Source of the DNA: Yuukianura sp. NJ FZ-2021
Taxonomy: Eukaryota
Direction: 5' to 3'
DNA length: 64,000 nucleotides
Assembly: GCA_046563655.1 (NCBI GenBank)
Contig: CM102284.1
Span: 3,534,001-3,598,000, forward strand
The notes under the pieces are model-generated. The model did not search any database. It saw only the letters and a program-made list of their open reading frames with translations, and had not been told where the DNA came from. The translations under genes were made by a program, and so were the position numbers. This document shows, in pieces, positions 50,273-64,000 of the stretch (position 1 is its first letter; each line of letters begins with the position of its first letter).

Positions 50273-53200
50273 ATGAGTTCAAAGGTCTCGTCGTCAACAA
50301 CGCTCAAGGGGACCTCATCGGTCGCCGTGGCTCCCGGAGTTCCGTCGTCAACGGCCCCTTCTTCGTCGAGTGCCAAACGTCTCGCTAAAGCCTCTCGCAA
50401 GAAGTTAACGACAGGCAAGGTACCAACATCCGCTGCATCGTCATTGCCATTAGCGGGCGGAGACCGAGTCACTATGGAAGGATTCGAAGAGTCTGGACCG
50501 GATGCTGCTGGCCGCTACAACATGACAAACCCTAGCCGAACTGGTGACAGTTGCTGTGAAGACCACACGGATCAGCATGAAGATCAAATCATTGTACATG
50601 TTGTCCCACCTTCGTCACCCGTAACGGTGAAGGAATCGCTAACGGATCCGGAAGATGAGATTGACTACCATTGCCACCCTCCCGAGGAACATGATCCAAT
50701 GGATCCTACATCGGCCTCCACCTCAACACCGGGCGGATCCGTCGTACCTTTTGAGTCACCATCTCAAGTGTCGTATGTGGACGACGAAGAGGAATGTTCC
50801 GAGGACTGTGACGATGAAGAGGAAGACGAACTATCTTCTGAGGAATTGGGCGAAGAGGAAGAGGATCTGGAAGATGAAGATGAGGATGGAGATGAGTGTA
50901 ACAGCGATGAAATCAGTGAAGAAGAACTCCAACCTTCCAATCCCCGAAAACCTCTTCCGCAACACCGTCCGCAACTTCCGATCGTTGAAAGAACGTATAA
51001 CAACAAGCGACGTGGGCGGACTCCTGGAAGTTCTGGACTGAGTACTGGAAATGCTGCAAATGTCATTAAACGGGTCAGAGGAATTGCTGGACTGAGAGCA
51101 TCCAAATGTACCACTGTCGGAACAGCTTTGGGATCCATTTCAAAATCCAAGTCGATCGTGAGCAGTCTTCGTAAAAATCGAGCTGGTTTTGCCAATACGA
51201 ACCCCATATTCCTTCACAATTCTTCCAGTGATGAAGAGGAGGTCGAGGATGAGGAAGATGAGGAGGTCGAAGATGAGGAAGACGAGGATGAATTGGTAAG
51301 CATAAGTTGCAATTTATAGTATAAATTTTATACTTGCTTTGCTTATCTGGGTTATCATCATTCACCATATCATAAACACAATCATCATCATCTCCCTCTT
51401 CTCTCTATTAATCTTTATTAATTCCGATTCCGAAAGCTACGAGTTTGGTATCATTGATGGACCGGAAACTAAATTTGAGTTCATCCGTTGATGTTATTGT
51501 TAAGGGCAAGGGGGCGGGGTTCGAATAATTTCGAGAATAAGTAGAAGGTGGTGTTTATTTAATTAGTCTTCTTTGAGAGTTTAGAAAGTTGACATATCAT
51601 CTCACTTGCTGTAGTACATTCTAGTAAAATCTCCACTCAACCAACACTTTACTTCCCAAATGACAAAGGGGGAAATCTGTGAATCCATGTTGATGTTAGG
51701 AGGTCCCCTCTCTTCGTGAAAACGAAGAAAATACTTTGAATAAGAATGATGCTTGTGAGCTGTCATTTGATTGCTTTAGGCATATTTTGTATAACTCATC
51801 AAAGAAATTCGAATACATTCGTGATAACGTGCATACTTGATACTTGCATGCACCATTGTTTAATTTTTATTGCCAATATAAAAACATTCTCAATGCTCTG
51901 CTCTAGATAAATACTAATAAATGAATTTTACTAAAAATCGTTTGATACTTTTTTAGGGTGATGAGTATCTGGAACGAGACGAATCTGATGAAGAGGATGA
52001 AGATGGCATTGAACCACCAGGATTTTTGCTCTCCACCAATCGAGATCCGTCAGGGTTGCAAAATATCCCGCCTGACGCTCAAGCAAGACTCGAAGCGTTT
52101 TTCGAAGCTGCAGGTAATTATAACACAAATCAGGGTCAATGACGTACAGTTATTTACAAGCGTTTTTACCTTGTATCAATTGAGTCGTCCATATGCTGGG
52201 CAATGAAAATGACTGCCGATCAATTCAATTTACTTACATTTAATTTCGTTAACTACCCTAGGTTTTACGGATGGAAAACTGATGTCGGATCCTGAAAGTC
52301 TGAGAAAACTTACTCTAACCGTTTCCTCGGCGCTTGGAGAAGCTTCCGCTGCCATCAATCGAATGCGAGATTCGCAAAGGTATGAATTCGAGAAGTTAAG
52401 TTAATACGTTATAAAACTGAAAAATCAAAAAAATTTCTTTGCTAAATTGGCATCGATATACTACAACACCCCCTGCCCTGATGCGGGTTTTGACTGCAGG
52501 TTAGGTTTTGTCATGTCTTAATTCCGTGCAAAAATATGTGGTATAAATTGGCAACTACAAAGCGAAAGTTTAAAAACAGTTGATGAGTCACTGAGACATT
52601 TTGGCGGGCATTTAAAAATTTTCGCGAAGTGCTGGAGAGAAAAACTGCAAGAGAAACAAACATTTTCAAAACGGGAGTAGATTTAGTAGGTTCAATGACC
52701 TTTATAGTCCATCTATCATCTAATGAAACCGGTGTGGTGGCATTAACATTTCGTTGATTTCATAAGAAGTTTTTGTAATTTTGTCGAGTTATTTTGTAAA
52801 CTTTTCATATAACGAAATTGAACAAAACTATTTTAAGTGGTTACTCATCGCCATGTCAAGGATGGATTCGAAACAAGAGCGTACTTGTATTTTGTGCTGC
52901 CACGAGAGGTAACTACTCGAATTTAACGTTCCATGAAGAGAAACGGTCTCATCTATCCGTAATTTGTGACGATACTTCCTGTCTTCAAAGAACCGAAGAC
53001 TTGCAAACTTAACCATAAGCAATCGTTATCCAAGACTATCTTTTTTATGATTTAACGACTGATTTGACATGCTACTGTTCGTATCATCTCTGAAATCTGG
53101 AGTCCAGTTACTCGTTAAAGTTTTATGTTATGTTCAAGACAACGTGTTTTCACTAATTAGTTGTATGTTGTCTCCATCTAGAAAATCTATCGAAGAAGGT

Positions 53201-56200
53201 CGGAGTGATTCACTGGAGGAAGGTGACAGCTTGCTTGCCCTCGCATGTTCTTCCGGTTACTTCGAACTGGCAAGAGTAAGTTACATATCATAATCGATGT
53301 GCGTTGAATCTGATGTGACAGGTTAAGATTAGGGAATACAGAATGCAGTGCAGGTCTGTCGTCAAGTTTTGAATTCAACTGATTACCGAATTTAAGGTGT
53401 TATTGGCCATGGGTGCAAATGTGGACGACCGAGGAAGTAAAGGCGACCTAACACCGCTAATGGATGCAGCCTCTCAGGGGCATCTGGAAATTGCTCGCCT
53501 TCTCCTGAGCCACGGAGCTGATGTTAACGCCCAATCTGCTTGTGGTAACAGCGCACTGATGTACGCATGTGCCTCTGGACATGTCGCTGTCGTGGAGGAC
53601 CTCCTAAAAGCCGGTGCCCATGTGGAAGACAACAACGAGAATGGACATACGCCGCTCATGGAAGCTGCATCGGCTGGTCATGTTGAGGTGGCAAAGGTAC
53701 GAGAAAGCCTTAACGATATATTGTGATGGAAATTTTCTAAATTGTGATCTTCAATTGTTATTGTTTGATTCTCTTTTCAATAGCTTCTGTTGGCTCATGG
53801 AGCAGGAATTAATACCCACTCAAACGAATTCAAAGAATCTGCCCTCACTGTTGCTTGCTATAAGGGTAAAAAGAAGCTGAAATTAAACGGATGACGACAT
53901 CGTGCAAACTTGTCTTGTCGTCATCAGCTGACATACTAACACAGAATTAAATTAAATCACCATTTTCCTTTGATTCTGCTTAGGTCATCTGGAGATGGTG
54001 AGATTCCTGCTGGAAGCTGGTGCTGATCAAGTGAGTGAATAATTCGTAATAAAAACATTATTAGCTCTGATGACGTGCGATTTAAGGCTATGGGCGTATG
54101 AGCACAATAGGACTCTGCTAAGGATTGTTTACGATGAAATGTGATAGGTGAAAAAATACTGCTAATCACTACTTCGTTTGTTTTCAGCAACACAAAACGG
54201 ATGAAATGCATACTGCACTAATGGAAGCGTCGATGGATGGACACGTCGAAGTTGCCCGACTTCTTCTGGACTCAGGAGCGCAGGTAAAAGTGTTGAGCCT
54301 GTTCTTGGTTAGTCATCTGTAGCATGATTTTTAAGTACACTTAATTATACAGGTGAACATGCCGGCGGATAGCTTCGAATCTCCCTTGACTTTGGCCGCA
54401 TGTGGAGGTCATGTGGAATTGGCCGAACTCCTTCTGGAACGTGGGGCAAACATCGAAGAGGTAAACGACGAAGGATATACACCGCTGATGGAAGCAGCTC
54501 GCGAAGGACACCTCTGCGTCGTCAAGACTCTCGTCCAGCATCACGCCAAAGTCAACGCTAAAACTGAGGAGACGCAGGAAACGGCTCTAACACTTGCTGC
54601 CTGCGGAGGGTTTCTTGACGTAGTCGATCTGCTGTTGAAGGCCGGTGCGGATATTGAACTCGGTGCATCCACTCCTTTGATGGAAGCTTCCCAGGAAGGA
54701 CACATTCAAGTTGTTCGGTAACTTTCTTTCTAGTATATTTGAATTTGCGAAAATGCAAGTTCTCGATTCTAACACGTATTCTTTCTTCCGATAGACATGG
54801 AACAAAATGGTAACTAAAAATCACACATTCGCTTATGTATTCCAGATTTCTGATAGAGAAGGGTGCGGATATCTTCCGCGAAAATGCAGCTCATGACATT
54901 GCACTCTCCTTTGCCGCTGAAAATGGCCATCTTGAGATTGTTCAACTTTTTGTCGACTTGGGATGTAACCCTGTAATGCCATAAAAAAAAACAAAAATGC
55001 ATTCAATAGCATTGTCTGTTTTTACGATAACTGTTGAAATGGCTGATGCTAGAGTTACGAAACTAAGAATATTTTTCCAATTCCAGGAACATCTTTCCGA
55101 AGGAGGTCGATCGCCCTTAATGAAGGCTGCTCGAGGAGGTCATGTCGAAGTCATCAAGTATCTGCTGAGCAAGAAGGCTGATGTAAGATCTACAATGTTT
55201 CGGATTTGACGAAAGTTTGCCTTTCCCGAAATACAAAATTTTGTTAATAATGTGTCCGATTTATTGCAATAGGTGAACCGACAAACTGCAACGAATGACC
55301 ACACACCCTTGTCAATGGCATGTGCAGGCGGACATCTTCCTGCAGTTGAACTCTTGGTAGCAGTTGGAGCCAATCCTTACCACAAACTGAAGGTAACGAT
55401 ACGATTTTAGCGACTTGCTTTGGCGGTATCACGATACGCGTTTTTACGATTCTAGAATGTAGTTTTTGTTTTATGTCATTTTATATAAAAATCTTTGTAG
55501 GATAACTCAACAATGGTGATCGAAGCTGCTCGGGGTGGTCATACTGCCGTAATACGGTCTCTCTTGGATTACCTGCCGCCAAATGCCAAGCCTACTGCGG
55601 CCAAAGCTCAGTCGACAACGAAGCAAGTCCATGCAGGAAAAGTGGCAGCCGCCGGACAAGGAGTGAAACAAGGAGCTGCAGATATAAAGTTCTCTGCTCA
55701 ACAAGCAAAGTCATCTGTCTTGAGAAAATGCCGATCAACATCTACCTTGGACGCTTCTCTACCAGCGACTGCAGCTACGGTAATCAATCATTTCGTTTTG
55801 ATAAAGGTTTATAATGAACAGAACGATTAATTTTCGTTTCTATGATGAGCAGCAGGTCATCGAAACAGAAGCGGGAAAAGTACAACCTGATGACCAGAAG
55901 ATTCCAGTTGGCTCCAAGCAGGCTCTTCCAGTAGAAGAAGATTCGGACTTACCAATTATCTCCTTCGATTCTAAAGTCCTCAAACCGGTTACAGTTGTCG
56001 ACCCTAAGGTTTTGTCCGGAAAAGGAATTGAAATGGCGGTGGGGCAGAGCAAACCACCAACCGTGGCTAAGAAGCAACCGGTTCCACCAGGAGGAGTTTG
56101 CTACGATTGTTCCAAACAATCCACTGCTCCGAGTTTCCAACAATTTCCAGCTCCTGGTGGACATGTCCATGTCAAGCGGCCTGCAGCTGTTGAAGCCGTT

Positions 56201-59200
56201 ACTTCTCCACAAAGCCTACAATCAACTTCCATCACTGCCGGAACTGTCATGCCTACTTCACCTTCCGCTTTTACGCCGTTTCCAAGCAGTGGACCACCTC
56301 TTGTTGCATCACAGGTAAAACAGAATCCTTGGAATTTTGTACTTCTTAATTGATGTTTAGTGATGGCATTATTGGTGTTTATGATTGGCGTGTGTTTTGT
56401 TTAATTGTTATAATTTGCTGGAATTGGGACAGACTCATTTCGAAGCAATGACTTTGCAGGTAACGGCTGCTACGGCTATAAGCGAACGTCCAAAGCTGAA
56501 ATCAAAACCAAGGAAAAGTTCTCAAGCTCTCCAAGCCCAGGGATCAGCGTCAACTGGAACATCACCTGGAAGCTCAAGTGAGAAAAGTCAAGTACTGTCA
56601 CCTGTAGGATCGCCTGGAACTCCAACAACCGTGTCGCAAACTAACCCTCCTGTTGCTCCACCGCCTATGACAACCAAGGCCCCAGTAATGTTACAAGAAA
56701 CGCCAACTTCCACTGGAATGGTAAGTACAATATGCCGTCAATGTATCACTTACGACTTATGAATTGGAGAAATGTTGTTGAATGTAAATTGTAGTTGATG
56801 GAATTACAGGTACAGCAAGTGTTGACAACTGGAGGAACTCCCATTGATCTAAAGGATGTCAAGCTGGACACAAAACAACTGAGCCAAATATTTGCACAAC
56901 ACCAACAACAGTTTTTGAAGAAGGGAGCAGCAATGTTGGGTCAAGGAAATCTGGATCAAGGGGTGTCTGCTGCTGGGTCAACGACAACCACTACAACTGT
57001 TGTTGTGACGCACGGAAATGGCGAAACTGAAACGATATTTGATGGAGAGAACCTTCCTCCAGGAGCGAACGAAGTAATTATGAATGCTGCTGCTGCTGCG
57101 TTTCCACTTGACTGCTTCCCATTACCACAATCACTTCAGGTTTGATTTATTACTGCTTACTAATAGCTGTTATTTTTAATCTCAACGTAAATTATTTAAG
57201 TTTTGATAACTGTTTATTCACAATTCAGATGGGACATACTGGCGAAGTACATGTGCAGTCATACCAAGTTGCTGGGTCAGGAGACTCTGCAACTACCATG
57301 CAAACAACTACGATCATCAACGCTGCTACCAGTCTGAACAACTTTCAGCAACAAATTCTCCTTCCTCACCATCCACCGCCACTGCCTGCCGCGATTGCTG
57401 CGGCAGCAGCAGCAGCAGGACTTGTTCCTGCCAGCGGTGCTCCACCACCCGGTGCTATGAAAGGAGTAGCGAAAAAGGAAACTCCACCTCCTCCTAAGGC
57501 TGCTACAACGACTGCTGCTCCAGCAAAGATTTCCGGTACTTCCGCTCCGCCAGGTCAACCAAGGATTCCAGTGAACCAAGTTCCACCAGTCTCTTCACTT
57601 GCAGCACCCGTCGGACAGAAGAAGCAATTGGCAAAGAGGTCACGTCCACTTGCTCAAGGAGGTTCCTGTTCTCGACAATCCAATCAGCAGACACAGACGC
57701 ATGCGCATGCTCATGGAAAGCACAACCAATCAGTTGCATCAACTCAAACAACCATCACGGGTCAACCAGTGAATCCAAATCACTTTGATGTCAACCATGC
57801 GACTGAGTCAAGTGGAGAAACGAGTCTCTCAATTGCTGCGGCCTCAGGACATTACGAAGTTGTCGACTTTCTGCTTAGCCGGAAGGCAAATATCGGTAAA
57901 TAGCAGTTATAGCAGTTTAAGACTTTCTTTTTTAAATTAAGATTCGTAGATTTTGTTAAAAATTATATACTCATGTTATGTTTGTATTTGAATGTTTCAG
58001 AACATCGCGACAAGAAAGGATGCACCCCGTTGATTCTATCTGCTGACAGTGGTTTCGATAAGGTGGTTGAGTTGTTGCTAAGCAGAGGTGCGGACATTGA
58101 AGCCCAGTCGGATCGAACAAAGGACACTGCATTGTCCCTGGCTTGCACGAAGGGACGATACGAAGTGGTGGAAGCACTTATCAAGAAGGGAGCCAATAAA
58201 GAACACAGGAACGTTTCCGACTACACACCACTCAGCCTTGCTGCTTCTGGTGGATATGTCAACATCATCAAGCTTTTACTCCAAAATGGAGCAGAAATTA
58301 ATTCAAGGACTGGATCAAAGCTTGGTATTTCGCCTCTCATGTTGGCAGCTATGAACGGAAATACAGCTGCTGTAAAGCTTCTGTTGGATATGGGATCTGA
58401 TATCAACGCACAAATTGAGACTAACAAGAACACTGCTCTTACTCTCGCTTGCTTTCAAGGAAGGCAAGAGGTCGTGTCATTGCTTCTCGAGCGGAAGGCG
58501 AATCTTGAACATCGAGCAAAAACGGGTCTCACTCCACTGAGTAAGTTTTTCAATTTGTTTTGTTTTATCTTAATTAATGAACTTTTGGTTCCGTTTAAAG
58601 TTTTTGTAATTATAAGAGTCAGGATTAGAATCTAAGAACAGAAAATAAGAATTGTTTGTTCTTTTTAGTGGAAGCGGCGAATGGTGGATACACAGAGGTC
58701 GGGAAAATACTGATTGAGAAAGGAGCGGATGTGAATGCTGCTCCAGTTCCTGCAACTAAGGACACGGCTCTTACCATTGCTGCTGACAAAGGACACTATC
58801 GATTCGTGGAACTGCTGTTGAGTAGACATGCTATGGTGGAAGTTCGAAACAAGAAGGGATGCACACCAATGTGGCTCGCTTGCAATGGTGGACATCTTGA
58901 CGTTGCCCAGATTTTGTTCAAGCACCGAGCTGACTTGGATGTCCAGGATAACCGGAAAGTATCATGTCTCATGACGGCGTTTCGTAAAGGACATGTGAAA
59001 CTTATCCGTTGGATTGTGAAACATGTTCAGCAGTTTCCGTCAGATGGTGAGATGCAGAGATTCTATGCCTCGGTACAAGGAGAGCCGGAGTTGTTGAAGA
59101 AGTAAGTTGACAATCCTTTCGGTTAAGATTAAAATATAGTATGAATGCTTTGAAAATACACATTTCTCTATAGGTGCGAGCAATGTGGGGAATTCGTCAA

Positions 59201-62200
59201 ACAAGCCAAAGACAAACAGGCTCTCGAAGCCAACAAAAATGCCTCCATTTTGCTAGAAGAATTGGACATGGAAAAGTCGCGAGAGGAGTCCAAACGTCAA
59301 GCAGCAGCTCGTCGTCGCGAGAAAAAGAAAAAGAAGAAATTGGAGAAGAAGCAGGGCCCGGTTGGAGAACAGGAAGATGAGTTCGATGATCAAGATGATG
59401 AAGACGATGAAGGAATTAACACTATCGACTCCGGAATTGATGCAAATTCTTTGGGATCCAATTCCAGTGCGACGGGAAAGAACAAGGAGAATGTTTCTAA
59501 CAAGGGAGCACCAGTTGATGGCGTTGCAGAACAAGCTGTGAGCGCCAAAAGCAGAAAACGAAGAAACCGGAAAGAACGAGAGCGACAGAATCAGCTTATA
59601 ACTACTCAGAAGACAACCGTTCCAGTTCTACCGGTCGAAGTGCACGAGAATACTAAAGTTCTTCATAGCATGGCACTGGAAGCCAAGGAAATTTTGAGAG
59701 AGAAAGACAACAAGATGGCAGGAGGAGACACACACGTGATGGCTGAAACCAAACCGAATGCTAAGTCGAAGGACAAAAAGACAAAGCGGGATGATACAGC
59801 TCAAATGAGTAACAAAGAACAAGCCGTAGCTGGCAAAGTTTCGCAAGGGTAAATTTCAAAAATTCAACCTCTAAACTGAATTTAAAGTATGAAAAGTTGC
59901 AATGCATTTGTATCTTTTTTTCACAGCGGAAATGTGTTTTCTTCCACCAAGAAAACGAGCAAGGAGAGTTCAAAAGACGGTTCGCAGATGTTTGAATCTA
60001 CCAGTTCAAACAGTCGCAAACTTGCTGCCAATTTTGATACCATTGACAGCTCAATTTTCTCTTTTGGATATTCTCAACCATCCTTCGCGAAAACTGTAAC
60101 CAGCGGCGCAGGAAGTTCTGGAGCTGGGAAGTCAGGACGGAAAGACGACGGCTGGAAGGAAGTCACTCGAAGTTTTCCATCTTCTAAATCAAAGAAAGTC
60201 ATTGTTCCTTCGTCAGTCATATCCAGAGTTATAGGTAAGCAATTACTTTCACTTTCATACAGCATCAGTTTAGTAAACACGTTGTTTTTGTAGGAAGAGG
60301 AGGTTGCAACATCAATGCCATTCGAGAAGCCACCGGAGCTCACATTGAAGTCGAGAAGCAGCAAAAGGGCCAAGTACAATTGGAACGAACAATCCAAATC
60401 AAGGGGACTGTGGAGTCAACAAAACAGGCTTACGCCCTCATCACGGCTTTGATGAACGAACCGGACCTTGATGTGAAAAAATTGATTCCGTTGTCTTCTG
60501 CAAGTACTACCTCGTCTCATTTTTACACCGGAACATTCTCAACATCGACTGGATCTTCAGTGACTGCTTCGTCGCAGCGCACAGGAACTAACCCGCCTGT
60601 CTCAAACACCATATCTCCGACCTCTTTTGACAACACGCCGTTCTCCACGTTTGTGGCTAGCACAGTCCAAACAGCAGGTAACTTAACTTCTTTTCTTCAA
60701 TGGGTTACTTCAATTGCCAGAAGTTATCTCTTCTTCATATGAACTGTCTGTGATGTACGATTTTTTGTGTTAATTTTTGTGTGTGTTTATTTCCACAGGA
60801 AAATCGAAACCAAGTAAACACACCCCGTCGCCTCCTGTAACCAGTCAAGTCTCTGCAACGGTGAAGAAACCAACTCCACTCACTGAAGGAAGTGTAATCA
60901 GAGGAACTACTCCAACTCCGAAACTGTTCACGCAGACTGCAAAACCAGTGGTAGGGACTTCTACGACATCTTCGACACTTTGTGGGGGACTTGGAACTGC
61001 AACAACCGACATCAACTCTACGACAGCATTTCCCAAGCCTAATCAACAGCGGGGTAGCATTCCTAGTTCCAATGGACTCGGGCAGGTGACTCAATCCGTC
61101 AGCGTCAATTCGGCTGTTTCTACAACAGGGCCAGTATCCACCTCTCAGTCACCAATTCCATCTTCTTCGCCGGGATTAGGTAGCCACAATGACGAGTCAA
61201 ACTTGACTTACAATTCGAGGAGCTCTGGAAACTTAACTCAAATATTCACAAATACACTACTAGGCTCTCCAACGAACAGCACAGTTGGCCAACCAAAAGA
61301 GCCTGTGGTTTCGTCACTTTCTGGAGGTTCCCCGGTTCACGGAGCACGACTGGCTTCTGCGCCAGCATGTAGCGTCATTGGGCCGCCGGGACGGGCAAAT
61401 TCTGCTGCTGAAACGTAAGTAATAGGTTTTCACACTGTTTAAGTATATTTGAGAATTTCTGGGTGCGGCTTATACGCGAGTGCGGCTTATAGGCAAGGAA
61501 TTAGGGTACTTAATGCATCAATGATTTTTGTATTGGAATAACTATTTCAACGTGATACTGATTCGTTTTTTACGATTTATTTAGTGTTGACCCGGTGACC
61601 TCTACGACTCAGCAGTCACAGGCATTGGAGTATTCTCCATTCAATTACACCTTCAGTAAAACTCCAGGGTCGGGATGGCTCCCAGGGGAGTTACCTCCAA
61701 CCGCAACCGGTGGCATTAACAACTTCGGCTCTCCTACTTCTCAAACAATGGGGTCCCCGCTTGGGCAAATAGGCTCTGTCCTGAGTCACAACCCTGCCAA
61801 TTCACCGGCCGCCAGAGCTATGAATTTTGCTTCAGTTGCAGCGTCCGGAATTCCGGCTTCAAGTTTAAGCACAGCTACTGCCCAGATGACCCATGCGGGA
61901 GGACAACATAACGGAAGTTTGGTTGGAAGTTTAGGTGCTGGATTGACAAATCCCGTTTCCTTAGGTGGAAAAGGAATTTGCGATTCTCTACTGGAAACTG
62001 AACTTCCCAAGGTAATTAATCCTCATCACTAAAGTCCAAGTTAGTTCTCCGGAAGTTGTGTCTAAACTGTGTGTTTTGTGTTATAGGGTGACGCTTCAAA
62101 GGCTCCGGGATATCGCGGGAATGCTGGAGGATCTCCAGTGCTCCGTCCATTGCAGCAACAGAATCAAACAACCGTGGAGAGCAGCCCTCTATCTTCACAA

Positions 62201-63997
62201 TTTCAAGGAATTCAAACAGGCAGCGGAATGTTGAACATTGGAGGTGGTCAGCCACTTGTGGGGTTCAGTGGACCGGGACGGAATCCGGGAATGAATATTG
62301 GAGGTGGATTGTTGCCTAACAATTACGGAATGGGTGGTTTTGGACAAGAAATTGGATCTGGACTTTTGCCTCAAGGAGGATACGCTGCTAACAGGTCTGT
62401 AAAAAGTTTAAAGTTTGTTTTGCTTGCTAGTCTTAGCCCTTCTTTCGTTGCATCAGCTATTGAATGTCGATTTCGCATACTTATGCCTTTGTTCTGTTTC
62501 TTTTTGAGAAATCAATTTCCTCTACTAACCATAACACTCTCCATCACTGATCGCGGTTCTGCCCAATTTCTATTTTTGTTCATAAACGACATTGTTTTCT
62601 ACTCTCAGCGAATTTAACGTCAAATTCAATTAGTCGCTGACGTCCCTCCTCTCTTTTTCTTGTCGTCTGAGAAGTATTTAAGCTTTTTGTGTGAGTTTGA
62701 CATGGCGGCCTCTAACTGGGAAATTTTCGGTTTGTGTTTTGCTTTCGAATGTGCCCTGTCGGTTCCCGGGACCCAAACTAATACAAAAACAGTGGTGGTG
62801 GTGTCCCTGCTGCCGGGATTTGCTCATCCCAAGCGCCTGCTGAATCATCTTCAACAGTACCAACAAATGTAATAATGTCCTCCAGGCTCAACCCTCGTGC
62901 GCCCTGCTTCACGCTGCCACAACACTCGAAAGTGGGATCACCAACTCAGCCGCCAATCTCCATCTTCCAGCAGAGTATTCCTCCAATTCATAACCAGCAG
63001 CTCCATAATTCGTACAAGGTGAACAATGCATACGGAATGCGCAACAGCATGATGTCGGGAGCAAGACCAGGAGGCTCCGCGAGCGGTTTGAATATTCCCG
63101 GTTGGAATCCGTATGGAAATGAGTCCTCAGTTGTGGACCTGCAAAATTTGGCCGTCTTGGCAGCATCGACTGGAACACTGGATCCGCAGATGATGTTTAC
63201 TGGTGTGGATCCCATTGTTCATGACAACTCACAGCAACCAAGTAATCAAAATTTTTATTACAAACTATTGTGTTACACTTTGTTATGTAAAGCTATTATG
63301 TTATACTTTGTTATGTAAATTGTGCAATTAGTTAATTAACTTACGTTTGTTGTAAACAGAACCGATGAAATCAGATGGACGTCTTCCTAGACCGATTGGT
63401 GGGGAGAGAGCATGGAAGAACTCAGTGACTACCAATCCAGGAGCAGGGAATCTGAACAATGTCTCACCTTACAATACGATGGACTGTATGGACTCGAATC
63501 AAGTCTCCGCGCCACAATCTACAACGCAACCCACACTGCCTGGACAAGGTTGGATGGGCTCAGTCTTCGCTCCACCTCCGTTTCCTCCGGTGTCAAACCA
63601 AAATCCTAACAATGGAATGCTCGGAAACCACCAGCGAGGAATTGGTGCGGGTGATGGCAGGAATTTCCTGGGTCGTCGTTTTGTTGAAGAAATTGAAGCG
63701 AATCGTTACGCAGAATTGCACCAGGTATGGACTATCGACCTTCCTGGATCATCTCAGATTTGCAGCATTGCATTATATGGATTTGTTCTTTAGATTATTG
63801 ACGGACAACACCGAATGATGAACGGCGGTCTTGGACCTCCTCCTCCTATGCATCTTGGGGGAAATCTCCAGCATCCGGGGATGATGTTTCCATTTGGACC
63901 GCCAATGGACAATATGGAACCACATCTTACACCGAAAGTGGATCAGCACTCGAACTCTTGGGATGCCCACTTTCATATGGAAGATAAACACAACGTG
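50273..63997 (+). CDS. mask: Multiple ankyrin repeats single KH domain (Mask; ANKHD1/ANKRD17 family), 3'-incomplete; coding exons 50273-51295, 51957-52113, 52262-52379, 53182-53275, 53397-53696, 53784-53865, 53984-54030, 54188-54283, 54353-54717, 54846-54972, 55087-55182, 55273-55392, 55501-55779, 55856-56314, 56460-56720, 56810-57139, 57229-57895, 58001-58540, 58669-59101, 59174-59848, 59927-60234, 60294-60677, 60799-61414, 61585-62011, 62087-62394, 62793-63241, 63360-63724, 63794-63997
   Basis: QARLEAFFEAAG motif; two ankyrin-repeat blocks (e.g. NMPADSFESPLTLAACGGH, EHRNVSDYTPLSLAASGGY, INSRTGSKLGISPLMLAAMNG); ANKNASILLEELDMEKSREESKRQAAARRREKKK coil; DDGWKEV; KH domain SKKVIVPSSVISRVIGRGGCNINAIREATGAHIEV. 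Exon limits in low-complexity regions are less certain. Confidence 0.95.
61461..61508 (+). mobile_element. Truncated end of a pogo/Tc2-like MITE in a mask intron
   Basis: GGTGCGGCTTATACGCGAGTGCGGCTTATAGGCAAGGAATTAGGGTA: tandem GTGCGGCTTATA subterminal repeats ending in ...GGTA. No matching opposite end is visible. Confidence 0.5.
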
Positions 63998-64000
63998 GTA

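Noticed and set aside
48071..51207. Ser-rich antisense ORFs over LARP7 and the mask acidic N-terminus
   Set aside because: Antisense shadows of Glu/Asp/Lys-rich coding sequence.
52380..54187. TGATGA/CTGA motifs in mask introns suggesting C/D snoRNAs
   Set aside because: Box spacing and terminal stems do not fit, and no identifiable guide sequence.

Overview
Eukaryotic (arthropod-like, AT-rich, mostly 60-170 nt GT-AG introns) genomic DNA; the organism cannot be named from sequence alone. The left ~36 kb is gene-poor. It holds the NET-family zinc-finger gene noc (minus strand, 2 coding exons), one 3-exon gene of unknown family just downstream of it, and long non-coding flanks with several non-autonomous DNA-transposon relics and clustered TF motifs. 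The right ~28 kb is gene-dense: spz5-like (-), a divergent INTS15/C7orf26-like gene (-) head-to-head with GAR1 (+), spz3 (+), LARP7 (-) head-to-head with mask/ANKHD1 (+, at least 28 coding exons, running off the window end). All gene models were spliced by hand from GT-AG signals and reading-frame continuity; family assignments rest on recalled homologue motifs, not database searches. Most unusual signals: (i) a same-orientation array of about 7 Harbinger-end-like motifs, several at ~42-bp spacing, at 5.66-6.21 kb; (ii) the unassigned gene carrying three SxIP motifs and an upstream RFX X-box (candidate ciliary microtubule plus-end protein); (iii) three perfect nuclear-receptor DR1 13-mers upstream of noc; (iv) competing RNA pairings over a spz3 splice acceptor; (v) a PAM2-like motif in Mask. 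No tRNA, rRNA or true CRISPR array was recognised.
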